Assembly: GCA_965228875.1 (NCBI GenBank)
Contig: OZ245843.1
Location: 3,640,616 to 3,704,615, forward strand
Length of the DNA stretch: 64,000 bases
Origin: Thalassobaculaceae bacterium
GTDB lineage: Bacteria > Pseudomonadota > Alphaproteobacteria > Thalassobaculales > Thalassobaculaceae
Direction: 5' to 3'
Under the pieces are notes generated by a model. The model was not told where the DNA came from, did no database searches, and saw only the letters and a list, made by a program, of their open reading frames with translations. Position 1 is the stretch's first letter. Each line of letters opens with the position of its first letter. The translations under genes and the position numbers were made by a program. This document shows positions 47,496 to 56,696 of this stretch, in pieces.

Positions 47496-48593
47496 ATGCC
47501 CAGCGTGGCCCCCAAAGCGTCAATCGCCGATCTCGCCGCCTACAAGCCGACGAGCTATCCCAAGAGCCTGCAGCGAATCATCCGCCTCAACCTCAACGAA
47601 GGGGCGCTCGGCCCGTCGCCGAAGGCGATGGAGGCCCTGGCCGGCATCGCGTCGCAGATCCACACCTATCCGGCCGTCGCCGCCTCCGGCCTGGCCGAGG
47701 CCATCGGCGAGCGGCACGGCATCGACCCGTCGCGAATCATCCTGGGCTGCGGCTCGGACGAGCTGATCCAGGTGCTCACGCAGGCGTATCTTGAGCCCGG
47801 CGACGAGGTGATCCACACCCAGTACGGCTTCCTGCTGTTCCCGATGGCGACCAAGATCGCCGGCGGCGTGCCGGTCTCGGCTCCCGACATCGGCTTCACT
47901 GCGAGCGTGGACGCGATCCTGGAGCGTGTGACCGAGCGCACCAAGATCGTGTTCCTGGCGAACCCGAACAACCCGACCGGCACCCACGTTCCGACCGACG
48001 AGGTGCGCCGCCTGCGCGCCGCGCTGCCGTCGCGGGTGCTGCTGGTGCTCGACGCCGCCTATGCCGAATACGTCCAGCGCAACGACTACATCGCCGGCAT
48101 CGAGCTTGTGGAGGAGACCGACAACACGGTCATGCTGCGCACCTTCTCGAAGATGTACGGCATGGCCGGCCTGCGCCTCGGCTGGGCCTACTGCCCGGCG
48201 GAGATCGCCGCCACCCTCTACGCGGTGAAGCCGCCCTATGGCGTCAACACCCCGGCCCTGGCGGCCGGCATCGCGGCGGTCAGGGACCTGGAATTCCAGG
48301 AGAGATCGGTCGCGCACAACGCCGCCTGGCTGCCCTGGCTGCAGGACGAGTTCAAGAAGCTCGGCCTGGAGCCGTATCCGTCGGTGACCAACTTCTTCAT
48401 CACCCGCTTCCCCACCGAGGCCGGCAGGACGGCGGCCGAGGCGCGGGACTTCCTGGCCAAGCGCGGCATCATGGTGCGCAGCATGTCCGACTACGGCGAG
48501 CACGAGTTCATCCGGGTCTCGATCGGCCAGGAGGACGAGAACCGGGCCGTGGTCCAGGGTCTCGCCGACTTCCTGAACGGAGCCGCGGCGTGA
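47496..48593 (+). CDS. hisC: Histidinol-phosphate aminotransferase
   Basis: GSDELI, ANPNNPTG, DAAYAEY, RTFSKMYGMAGLRLGW. Confidence 0.93.
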   Translation: MPSVAPKASIADLAAYKPTSYPKSLQRIIRLNLNEGALGPSPKAMEALAGIASQIHTYPAVAASGLAEAIGERHGIDPSRIILGCGSDELIQVLTQAYLEPGDEVIHTQYGFLLFPMATKIAGGVPVSAPDIGFTASVDAILERVTERTKIVFLANPNNPTGTHVPTDEVRRLRAALPSRVLLVLDAAYAEYVQRNDYIAGIELVEETDNTVMLRTFSKMYGMAGLRLGWAYCPAEIAATLYAVKPPYGVNTPALAAGIAAVRDLEFQERSVAHNAAWLPWLQDEFKKLGLEPYPSVTNFFITRFPTEAGRTAAEARDFLAKRGIMVRSMSDYGEHEFIRVSIGQEDENRAVVQGLADFLNGAAA

Positions 48594-49552
48594 CGAATGG
48601 CAGCGGGGCGGCCGGCAGCGAGGAGGCCGGCTGCGAGGCGGGGGAGCCGATATTCGCTACCCTCGCCGTCATCGGCATCGGCAATCTCGGCTCGTCGGTC
48701 GCCCGCGCCGTGCGCAAGTACGGCGCCGTCGAGCGGGTGATCGCCGCCGACCTGTCGATCGACGCGCTCGATCGGGCGCGCGCGCTGAACCTGGCCGACG
48801 CCTACTTCGAGGCGCCGTCCAAGGCGGTGGCCGAGGCCGATATCGTCGTCCTGTGCACGCCGCTCGGCGCGTTCGGGGCGATCGCCAAGGCCATGGCCCC
48901 GCATCTGAAACCGGGAGCCGTGGTCACCGATGTCGGCTCGGTCAAGGCGGCGGTCATCGCCGCCGCCGCCCCGCACATGCCGGAGGGGGTCGCCTTCGTG
49001 CCGGGCCATCCGATCGCCGGCACCGAGAAGTCCGGCCCCGACGCCGGCTCCTCCGACCTGTTCGTCGGCCGCTACTGGATCCTGACGCCGCAGGAGGATA
49101 CGGACCGGGTCGCCGTCGACCGGGTCGCCGCCCTGTGGGCCCGCTGCGGGGCGATCGTCGAGGAGATGGCCGCGCCGTATCACGACAAGGTGTTGGCGGT
49201 GACCTCGCACCTGCCGCACCTGATCGCCTACACCATCGTCGGCACCGCCTTCGACCTGGAGGGCCAGGAGCAGCAGGACGTGATCCGCTTCTCCGCCGGC
49301 GGCTTCCGCGACTTCACCCGCATCGCCGGCTCCAGCCCGGTCATGTGGCGCGACATCTTCCTCAACAACCGCGAGGCGGTGCTGGAGATGCTGCAGCGGT
49401 TCAGCGAGGACCTGACCTACCTGCAGCGCGCCATCCGCTGGGGCGAGGGCGACAAGCTGCAGGAGCTGTTTACCCGCACCCGCGAGGTGCGCCGCGGGGT
49501 GATCGAGGCCAAGCAGGACAAGCCGTTCCCGGAAGGCGGCAACGGCAAATAG
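48590..49552 (+). CDS. tyrC: Cyclohexadienyl (prephenate/arogenate) dehydrogenase
   Basis: GIGNLGSS, DVGSVK, HPIAGTE, SHLPH, GFRDFTRIA. Confidence 0.92.
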   Translation: MTNGSGAAGSEEAGCEAGEPIFATLAVIGIGNLGSSVARAVRKYGAVERVIAADLSIDALDRARALNLADAYFEAPSKAVAEADIVVLCTPLGAFGAIAKAMAPHLKPGAVVTDVGSVKAAVIAAAAPHMPEGVAFVPGHPIAGTEKSGPDAGSSDLFVGRYWILTPQEDTDRVAVDRVAALWARCGAIVEEMAAPYHDKVLAVTSHLPHLIAYTIVGTAFDLEGQEQQDVIRFSAGGFRDFTRIAGSSPVMWRDIFLNNREAVLEMLQRFSEDLTYLQRAIRWGEGDKLQELFTRTREVRRGVIEAKQDKPFPEGGNGK

Positions 49553-49604
49553 CGGTCACGGTCCTCTGACCCAATCGGGGGACGTCTGACCCGGTCGGGT
49601 GTCG

Positions 49605-50237
49605 TCAGAACGGCATCCAGGAGAATTCCCGGCTGTAGTGCAGGTAGCCGATGTTGACGCCGGAGCGCAGGCCGACGCCGGTGCGGATCGGCGCCAGCGT
49701 CAGTTCGCCGTCGGACTGGTAGTTCACGCCGACTCCGGCGATCAGGTAGTAGGTGCCCTCGACCCCCGGTATCCGGCGATAGATCTGCTCCGGCTCGGCG
49801 AGCCGGTAGACGAGGACGAAGACCTTCGAGGCGTTGCCGCCGAGGTCGAAGCCGATCGACGGCCCCTGCCAGTACACCTTGACCGACCCGCCGCCGGCCA
49901 TGTTCAGCATGCCCTCGCCGTAACGCAGGCCGACGCCGATGGCGCCGCTGAACTCCTCGCCGGCGATGTAGGCGTTCGGCTGGCCGAGATCCTTGAACAC
50001 CTTCTCGATCACCGTCGCCAGACCCTCGGTGGTCTCGCCGAACAGGTTCTTGGTGGCCGTCAGGATCTCGTTCTCGCTGTAGGTCTCCCCCTCGGGCGCG
50101 GACTGCGGCGCGGACTGCGGCGCGGGCTGCGGCGCCGGAGCGGCCTGGGTATCGGACGACGCGGTCTGGGCTCCGGCGGCGGCCGGCACCAGGGCGAGCG
50201 ACAGGGCAAACAGGGCGGCACGCAGCCAGCGGATCAT
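49605..50237 (-). CDS. eipA: DUF1134 / EipA family periplasmic protein
   Basis: G.PNAYIAGEE, GLRYGEG, YWQGPSIGFD, PIRTGVG. Confidence 0.8.
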   Translation of the reverse strand: MIRWLRAALFALSLALVPAAAGAQTASSDTQAAPAPQPAPQSAPQSAPEGETYSENEILTATKNLFGETTEGLATVIEKVFKDLGQPNAYIAGEEFSGAIGVGLRYGEGMLNMAGGGSVKVYWQGPSIGFDLGGNASKVFVLVYRLAEPEQIYRRIPGVEGTYYLIAGVGVNYQSDGELTLAPIRTGVGLRSGVNIGYLHYSREFSWMPF

Positions 50238-50355
50238 CGAAGCCTCCATGAAGGGGGAACGCACGGGTTCCGCCGACTATATGGCGCCGGCGCTGGCGAA
50301 TGTGAGAAATCGCGATGACACGCGCGTCCGCCGCGCGGCACCGCGGCCAACGCAA

Positions 50356-51141
50356 TCAACCGGCGTCGCGCCGGGGCAGGAACGGCCGCGCCAGCAGCGC
50401 CAGGAACCCGGCGTCGCGGGCCCGCTCGACGCCGATCTCCATCGAGGGCGTGCGCGGCGTCGGGCTCAGTGTCGCGAACAGGCGATCCCAGACCGAGAGC
50501 ATCGTGCCGTAGTTCGAATCCGTGTCCCGCCGGACCGCGTGGTGATGCACCCAATGGATCGATGGCGTAATGATTACCCGGGACAGAGTCCGTTCCAGGC
50601 CGGCGGGCAGCCGCAGGTTCGAATGCTGGAACACCGCGGCGACCAGGACCAGGGTCTCGAACGCCAGGACCGAGGCCAGGGGAATGTCCAGCGCGACGAT
50701 CACCACCGCCCGCACCCCGGCGGAGAGCAGCACCTCGCCGGCATGGAACCGGACGGCCGAACTGGCGTCGAGGAACTCGTCCAGATGGTGGATCTCATGG
50801 AACCGCCACAGAATCGGGAACGCGTGGTTGGCCCGGTGCCAGAAGTAGATCCAGAGATCGAGCACCAGCAGGTCGATCAGGATCACCCAACCGCCGTCGA
50901 GCCAGGTCGGCCTCCAGTCCAGCGTCATGCCGGCGGCGAACACGGTGATCGGGATCACCGCCAGGCGCGACAGACCGATATTGACGGCGAACAGGCCGGC
51001 GTTGCGTAGCACCCGCGGCCAGCCGCCCCGCCGCCTCACGGCGGGCAGGAGGCGCTCCGCCAACACGATCGCGACGATCCAGACGGTGACGGCGACGGCC
51101 TTGGCGGCGGCCAGCGCCTGCGGGTCGGAGATGTCCAACAT
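50356..51141 (-). CDS. Sterol desaturase/fatty acid hydroxylase family
   Basis: His boxes HRANH, HEIHH, HWVHH. Confidence 0.9.
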   Translation of the reverse strand: MLDISDPQALAAAKAVAVTVWIVAIVLAERLLPAVRRRGGWPRVLRNAGLFAVNIGLSRLAVIPITVFAAGMTLDWRPTWLDGGWVILIDLLVLDLWIYFWHRANHAFPILWRFHEIHHLDEFLDASSAVRFHAGEVLLSAGVRAVVIVALDIPLASVLAFETLVLVAAVFQHSNLRLPAGLERTLSRVIITPSIHWVHHHAVRRDTDSNYGTMLSVWDRLFATLSPTPRTPSMEIGVERARDAGFLALLARPFLPRRDAG

Positions 51142-51205
51142 GACGGGGATATGGCATCTTCAGGTCCCGCGACCAACCGCCAGCCCGCTCCGGAGCCGTC
51201 CCACC

Positions 51206-51985
51206 ATGCGCACCCTGCCCCTCGTCGGCGTCACCGCCTGCCGGATCACGGCGGAAAATTCCGCCAGTCACCGGGTCGGCGAGAAATACGTGACCGCCAT
51301 GTCGGAAGCCGCCGGCGTGTGCCCGGTCATCATCCCGGCCCTGCCGAACGGGGTCGAGATCGACACGTTGCTCGACCGGCTCGACGGGGTGTTTCTGACC
51401 GGCAGCCCGTCCAACGTGGAGCCGGCCCACTACGGCGGCGGCGACAGCGCGACCCCCGAGGAACACGATCCGGCCCGCGACGGGGTCACCCTCGCCCTGG
51501 CCCGCGCCGCGGTCGAGCGCGGCGTTCCGCTGCTCGGGGTCTGCCGCGGAATCCAGGAGATCAACGTCGCCTTCGGCGGCACCCTGCATCAGGAGGTGCA
51601 CACCGACAGCGGCCGTCTGGACCACCGCATGCGCCGCGACGTGCCCTATGACTGGAAGTACCGGCCAGCCCATTCGGTGGAGCTGGTGGAGGGCGGCGAT
51701 CTGGCCGCCATCGCAGGCCCCGGCCCGCACCTGGTGAACTCGCTGCACGGACAGGCGATCGACCGGACGGGCGCGCGGGTCGTGGTCGAGGCGCGCGCGC
51801 CGGACGGGGTGATCGAGGCGGTCTCGATCGCCGACGCCCCGGCCTTCGCCCTGGCGGTCCAGTGGCATCCGGAATGGCCCCGGCCGATCGGCGGCATCAA
51901 CCTGGCGCTGTTCGAGGCGTTCGGCGCCGCGGCGCGGGCCGCCGCGGATCGCGTCCGGCCGGCGCTCGGTACCGCGGCGGAATAG
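51206..51985 (+). CDS. puuD: Gamma-glutamyl-GABA hydrolase (peptidase C26)
   Basis: LTGSPSNV, GVCRGIQE, VNSLH, VQWHPE. Confidence 0.85.
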   Translation: MRTLPLVGVTACRITAENSASHRVGEKYVTAMSEAAGVCPVIIPALPNGVEIDTLLDRLDGVFLTGSPSNVEPAHYGGGDSATPEEHDPARDGVTLALARAAVERGVPLLGVCRGIQEINVAFGGTLHQEVHTDSGRLDHRMRRDVPYDWKYRPAHSVELVEGGDLAAIAGPGPHLVNSLHGQAIDRTGARVVVEARAPDGVIEAVSIADAPAFALAVQWHPEWPRPIGGINLALFEAFGAAARAAADRVRPALGTAAE

Positions 51986-52104
51986 AGCACACAACCTTCG
52001 CTAGCTAAAATTTTAGAATAATTATACCCTGAGATAGACAACTCGGCACGCTGGCGGGCTTGGTCCCGGGATCGCGCGTGCCTCCGTGACAAGGGGAGGA
52101 TGCA

Positions 52105-53799
52105 ATGCCCACACGCCGACCGCATATCACGCGCCGCCAGCTGCTGAAGGGACTGAGCGCCGTCGGCGGCATCGGTGCCGCCTACACCGCGCTCCACGCC
52201 ATGGGCCTTCTGGGACCAGGTTCGGCACTCGCGGCCGGCGACACCACCGAGCCCCTGCCCTCCGGCAGCCTGACCGGCAAGCGGGTGACCGTGATCGGCG
52301 CCGGATTGGCCGGTCTGTGCACCGCGATGCGCGCGGCCCGGGCCGGCGCCAGCGTCGTCATCCTCGAGGCGACGGCGCGGGCCGGCGGCCGCAGCCTCAC
52401 CCTGCGCAACGGCGACACCTTCAGCGAATGGGACTGGGACACACCCTCGACCATGCGGTTCGAGGCGGTCGGCGACGTGCCGGCCGACAGCCCGGACAAC
52501 TACCTGAACGCGGGTCCGGGCCGGATCCCCTCGCACCACACCCGGCTGATCGACTACTGCAAGGAGCTCGACGTCGCCCTCCAGCCCTTCATCTTCCACT
52601 CGTCCAACAACCTCATGCAGAACGACGGCTGGAACGGCGGCGTGCCGGTACAGCTGCGCCGGCTGAAGAACGACCTGCGCGGCGAACTCGCGGAGATGCT
52701 GGCCAAAGTGCAGAACCAGGGCGCCCTCGACCAGCTCGTCGATCCCTCGGAGGTTGATGCCTTCCTCGGCATGCTGCAGCACTTCGGCCAGCTCACCGCC
52801 GAAGGGGCGGAGATGGTCTACCAGGGCGCGGCGATCACCCACGACTATCCGCGCTCCGGCTACCTCATCGACTCCTTCACCCATGAGCAGCTCAATCCCG
52901 GCAACGTGTGGAATCCGGGCGACCCCTGGCCGACCCTGTCGCTCGACGACGTCCTGAAGTCGGACTTCTGGAATTCCGAGATGTTCAACAACCTGGAGTA
53001 CTTCTGGCAGGCGACCCTGATGGAACCGACCGACGGCATGGACAAGATCGTCGACGGCTTCATGCGCGCGCCGATCCCCGGCGGTCGGGTCAGCGACCTC
53101 GTCCGCTACGGCCAGCCGGTCGAGGCGATCGACATCCGCGACGGCAAGGCTTTCGTGGTCACCTCCGCCGGCAGCGGCGAGCCGTCCGATTATGTGGTCG
53201 CGACCTGCGCGCCGACCATTCTCGCGCGGATCGGCGGCAACTTCATGGGCGGCACCGTGCGCCAGACCCTGTCGGAGGTCTACATGTCGCCGGCCTGCAA
53301 GGTCGGGCTGCAGGGCCGGTCCCGGTTCTGGGAGAACGAGGATCGGATCTACGGCGGGATCTCCTGGACCAAGGACATCATCAACCAGATCTGGTACCCG
53401 TCCTACAGCTTCAATTCGGACACGGGCGTGCTGACCGCGGCCTACAACCGGATGGCCCAGGCCCAGGTCTTCGAGACCTACACCCGCGAGCAGCGCCTGG
53501 AGGCGGCCCTGCAGGGCGGCGAGAAGATTCACCCGGGGTTCCGCGACAAGGTATTCGCCGAAAACGGCGTCTCCGTCGCCTGGGCGAAGATCCCCTATCA
53601 GGCCGGAGGCTGGGCCAACGAGACCGCTTTCACCCAGCCGACGCTGTTCGAGCAGATGCGCAGCTCCGACGCGCTCGGCAACAAGGTGTTCTTCGCCGGC
53701 GACTGGTTCAGCTACTGGCCGGGCTGGCAGGTCGGCGCCCTGGACAGCGCCCACCTGGCCACCGACCTGATCCACCGCCAGGCGGCCGGCAATGGGTGA
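52105..53799 (+). CDS. Tat-exported flavin amine / L-amino acid oxidase
   Basis: TRRQLLK Tat motif, GAGLAG, EA..RAGGR, NAGPGRIP, FAGD..W.VGA. Confidence 0.88.
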   Translation: MPTRRPHITRRQLLKGLSAVGGIGAAYTALHAMGLLGPGSALAAGDTTEPLPSGSLTGKRVTVIGAGLAGLCTAMRAARAGASVVILEATARAGGRSLTLRNGDTFSEWDWDTPSTMRFEAVGDVPADSPDNYLNAGPGRIPSHHTRLIDYCKELDVALQPFIFHSSNNLMQNDGWNGGVPVQLRRLKNDLRGELAEMLAKVQNQGALDQLVDPSEVDAFLGMLQHFGQLTAEGAEMVYQGAAITHDYPRSGYLIDSFTHEQLNPGNVWNPGDPWPTLSLDDVLKSDFWNSEMFNNLEYFWQATLMEPTDGMDKIVDGFMRAPIPGGRVSDLVRYGQPVEAIDIRDGKAFVVTSAGSGEPSDYVVATCAPTILARIGGNFMGGTVRQTLSEVYMSPACKVGLQGRSRFWENEDRIYGGISWTKDIINQIWYPSYSFNSDTGVLTAAYNRMAQAQVFETYTREQRLEAALQGGEKIHPGFRDKVFAENGVSVAWAKIPYQAGGWANETAFTQPTLFEQMRSSDALGNKVFFAGDWFSYWPGWQVGALDSAHLATDLIHRQAAGNG

Positions 53800-53852
53800 T
53801 GCGGGCCCGGGCCCGTCGGGAGGGTCGGCCGTCGTCAACGCTCTGACGACAA

Positions 53853-53959
53853 GGGCACTACCCCATGGGTATGACCGCCGGAACGGGCCGACGACAAGCT
53901 CGTTCCGGAACCGGAATGTGAAGACGGTTTGCCCGCTCCCGTAGCCCATGGCCGTGCCC
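53853..53959. ncRNA. Candidate three-way-junction RNA element
   Basis: Closing stem plus two internal stems read by eye; no family recognised. Confidence 0.25.
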
Positions 53960-54160
53960 GCCGCCCGGTGTCCCGGCGGCGACGCCGGCCCACCGGCGCC
54001 CGGCCCCGCGATCGGGACTGGACCCGGGGGACCGAAGCCCGCCATAGTCTGGCGGCCGTTCGCCCCTATACGCGACGCATGTCCGCAGCACCGCAGCGGA
54101 CACCGCTGGCGCAGAGGCTCTGAAAACCGGCATATCGAGACGAAAAAAGGTTTCTATTCA

Positions 54161-54847
54161 ATGGAATATGTCATCACCCCGCCCCGTACCGTCGCCGTGC
54201 CCGTCGCCGGGTCCGATCAGGGATTTCCGGTGCGCCGAATCTTCTGCGTCGGCCGGAACTACGCCGCGCACGCCCGCGAGATGGGCCATGACCCCGACCG
54301 CGAGCCGCCGTTCTTCTTCATGAAGCCGGCCGACGCGCTGGTCACCGGCGGCGCCGCCATGCCGTATCCGCCGGCCACCGAAGACGTGCACCACGAGATC
54401 GAGCTGGTGGTGGCGCTCTCCGGCGGCGGTCGCGACATTCCGGTCGAGGAGGCCAACGGCCACATCTGGGGCTATGGCGTCGGCCTCGACATGACCCGGC
54501 GCGACATCCAGGGCGAGGCCAAGAAGATGGGCCGCCCCTGGGACATGGCGAAGGGCTTCGACCATTCGGCGCCGATCGCCGACCTGCACCCGGTCACCGA
54601 GACCGGGATCATCGAGGACGCGGCCATCTGGCTCGACGTCAACGGCACCCGCCGGCAGGAATCGGTGCTCAAGGCGCTGATCTGGTCGATTCCGGAGACC
54701 ATCAGCTACCTGTCGGGCCTGGTCATGCTGGCCCCGGGCGACCTGATCTTCACCGGGACCCCGGACGGGGTGAACGCGGTCCAGCGCGGCGACGAGCTGG
54801 TCGGCCACGTCGACGGCCTGACGGACCTGCATGTGAAGGTGGTCTGA
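54161..54847 (+). CDS. Fumarylacetoacetate hydrolase family (fumarylpyruvate hydrolase-like)
   Basis: CVGRNY..HAREMG, HHEIEL, DMTRRD, TGTP. Confidence 0.9.
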   Translation: MEYVITPPRTVAVPVAGSDQGFPVRRIFCVGRNYAAHAREMGHDPDREPPFFFMKPADALVTGGAAMPYPPATEDVHHEIELVVALSGGGRDIPVEEANGHIWGYGVGLDMTRRDIQGEAKKMGRPWDMAKGFDHSAPIADLHPVTETGIIEDAAIWLDVNGTRRQESVLKALIWSIPETISYLSGLVMLAPGDLIFTGTPDGVNAVQRGDELVGHVDGLTDLHVKVV

Positions 54848-54849
54848 GC

Positions 54850-55641
54850 GTGCGGGTCGTCACCTGGAACATCAACTCGGTCCGCCTGCGTCTGCCGCTG
54901 GTGCTGCGCCTGCTCGAGGAGGTGCAGCCGGACGTGCTCTGCCTGCAGGAGACCAAGGCGCTGGCCGACCAGTTCCCGGCGGCCCCCATCGCCGAGGCCG
55001 GCTGGTCGCACCAGATGGTCGCCGGCATGAAGGGCTATAACGGCGTCGCGATCGTCTCGCGGCTGCCGTTCGAGCAGACCGTGTCGCGGGAATTCTGCGG
55101 CCGCAGCGACGCCCGCCACGTGGCGGCCCGCATCGACGGCGGGCCGGAGGTGCATAACTTCTATGTCCCGGCCGGCGGCGACGTGCCGGATCCGGCGGCC
55201 AACGACAAGTTCGCCCACAAGCTCGACTTCCTGGCGGAGATGACCGACTGGCTCGCCGCCGAGCGCAGCGCCGAGGCGCCGATGGTGCTGGTGGGTGACC
55301 TGAACATCGCGCCGCTGGAAACCGACGTGTGGTCGCACAAGCAGCTCCTCAACGTCGTCAGCCACACCCCGGTGGAGGTCGAGGCTCTGGGCCGGGTCCA
55401 GGGCTCGCTCGGCTGGGTCGACGCGGTGCGCAAGATGGTTCCGCCAGAGGAACGACTGTATTCCTGGTGGAGCTACCGGGCGCGGGACTGGTCGGCGACC
55501 GACAAGGGCCGGCGGCTCGACCACGTCTGGGTCACCCAGCCCCTGGATGCCGGCATCCGGCACGCCGAGGTGGTCCGCGACGCCCGCGGCTGGGAAAAAG
55601 CCTCGGACCACGCGCCGGTGGTGGTGGATCTGGATCTCTAG
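54850..55641 (+). CDS. xth: Exodeoxyribonuclease III
   Basis: TWNINSVR, LQETK, GDLN, SDHAPV. Confidence 0.93.
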   Translation: MRVVTWNINSVRLRLPLVLRLLEEVQPDVLCLQETKALADQFPAAPIAEAGWSHQMVAGMKGYNGVAIVSRLPFEQTVSREFCGRSDARHVAARIDGGPEVHNFYVPAGGDVPDPAANDKFAHKLDFLAEMTDWLAAERSAEAPMVLVGDLNIAPLETDVWSHKQLLNVVSHTPVEVEALGRVQGSLGWVDAVRKMVPPEERLYSWWSYRARDWSATDKGRRLDHVWVTQPLDAGIRHAEVVRDARGWEKASDHAPVVVDLDL

Positions 55642-55690
55642 AGGTCTATCGCGTCAGATCGAACCGATCCGAAGCGGGAATCGCCCTCTA
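55638..55690 (-). repeat. RIME1/CIR-like element, half copy
   Basis: CTAGAGG..TCGCGTCAGATCGAACCGATCCGAAGCGGGAATCGCCCTCTA aligns with 39889-39938; CTAG includes the xth stop. Confidence 0.7.
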
Positions 55691-55694
55691 CCAG

Positions 55695-56186
55695 TTACAC
55701 GCGGTCGTACAGGTGGATCCGCCCCGGCCTGACGCCGTCGGGCGTGGGGAGTGGCGCAAAGGCGGCGTGGCCGTCGAGAGGCTGGTCGCTGATCACCACG
55801 CCGCCCACCGCCAGCAGATCCGCCACCATGGGCGCCGCCCGTTGCGAAAGCGCAACGCTCTGCGCCTTGTCACCGGTACCGATGTCCAGATGGGCCAGGA
55901 CCGCCGTGCCGCCGAGGTCGGCGACCGCGCGCGGCAGAGTGTCGAACAGGTCGCCGAGATACAGCCGGTCGTCCGGCGGGATGCAGTCGGGATGGGCGGC
56001 GACCTGACGGTCGAAGACGTAGATCTCGCGCCCCGGAAGAATCTCCCGCAGGTGATCGTAGGTCCGGCCGTTGCCGAGACCGAACTCGAGGGCGACGCCG
56101 GGGCGGTCGGCGACCCGGGCGGCGGCGGCGTTCAGGGTGGCGCGCTGGGCCTCCAGGCGCCGGATCATGCTGTCCAGCCGGCTCAT
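55695..56186 (-). CDS. SAM-dependent methyltransferase (Methyltransf_17-like)
   Basis: MSRLDS.IRRL.AQR, LEFGLGNGRTYDHLRE, HLDIGTG. Confidence 0.8.
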   Translation of the reverse strand: MSRLDSMIRRLEAQRATLNAAAARVADRPGVALEFGLGNGRTYDHLREILPGREIYVFDRQVAAHPDCIPPDDRLYLGDLFDTLPRAVADLGGTAVLAHLDIGTGDKAQSVALSQRAAPMVADLLAVGGVVISDQPLDGHAAFAPLPTPDGVRPGRIHLYDRV

Positions 56187-56629
56187 CGGCTGAGCGCCTC
56201 GCGCAGTTGCACGTTGGTCCGCTCCAGCCGGGCGGCCAGTTCGCGCATGATCTCGATCGAGATTTGCGGAAATTCGCTGACCAGGCGGAAGAAAAGTTCC
56301 TTGGTGATGCGCAGGGTGATGAGTTTGCTTGTCGCCTCGACCGAGGCGGTGCGCGGCACGTCGCACAGGATGGCGATCTCGCCGACGACGTCGCCCTTGC
56401 CGAGCTCGGCCACCTGGATCTCGCCGCCGTCGGTGTCAATCCGCACCGAGGCGGCGCCGTCGACGATGATATAGGCGGCGTCGCCGATATCGCCCTGCTG
56501 GAACAGGCGCTGTCCGTCCTGGTAGGTCAGCCGCTCGGAGGTGAAGGCCAGAAGCTTGAGCTTCGACGGTTCGATCTTCGCGAACAGCGGGATCTTTCGA
56601 AGCAGTTCGACCTCTTCGTTGAGACTCAT
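56183..56629 (-). CDS. Stand-alone cyclic nucleotide-binding protein
   Basis: LFQQGD.GD, GEIAILCDVPRTASV phosphate-binding cassette. Confidence 0.92.
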   Translation of the reverse strand: MSLNEEVELLRKIPLFAKIEPSKLKLLAFTSERLTYQDGQRLFQQGDIGDAAYIIVDGAASVRIDTDGGEIQVAELGKGDVVGEIAILCDVPRTASVEATSKLITLRITKELFFRLVSEFPQISIEIMRELAARLERTNVQLREALSR

Positions 56630-56696
56630 GTCGACCCTCCTTCGGGGAACTGGGCCATCATCTGAAGTGGGGAGCGGCGCGGCATCGTCAAACCCC

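Noticed and set aside
51983..51998. TAGAGCAC(AC)AACCTT resembling tRNA-Gly D/anticodon arm
   Set aside because: Short, gapped, opposite orientation and not the 3' end; likely chance.
53843..53960. Hammerhead or c-di-GMP-I riboswitch
   Set aside because: CTGACGA and GGCAAACC fragments are present, but the GAAA core and tetraloop/receptor elements are missing.
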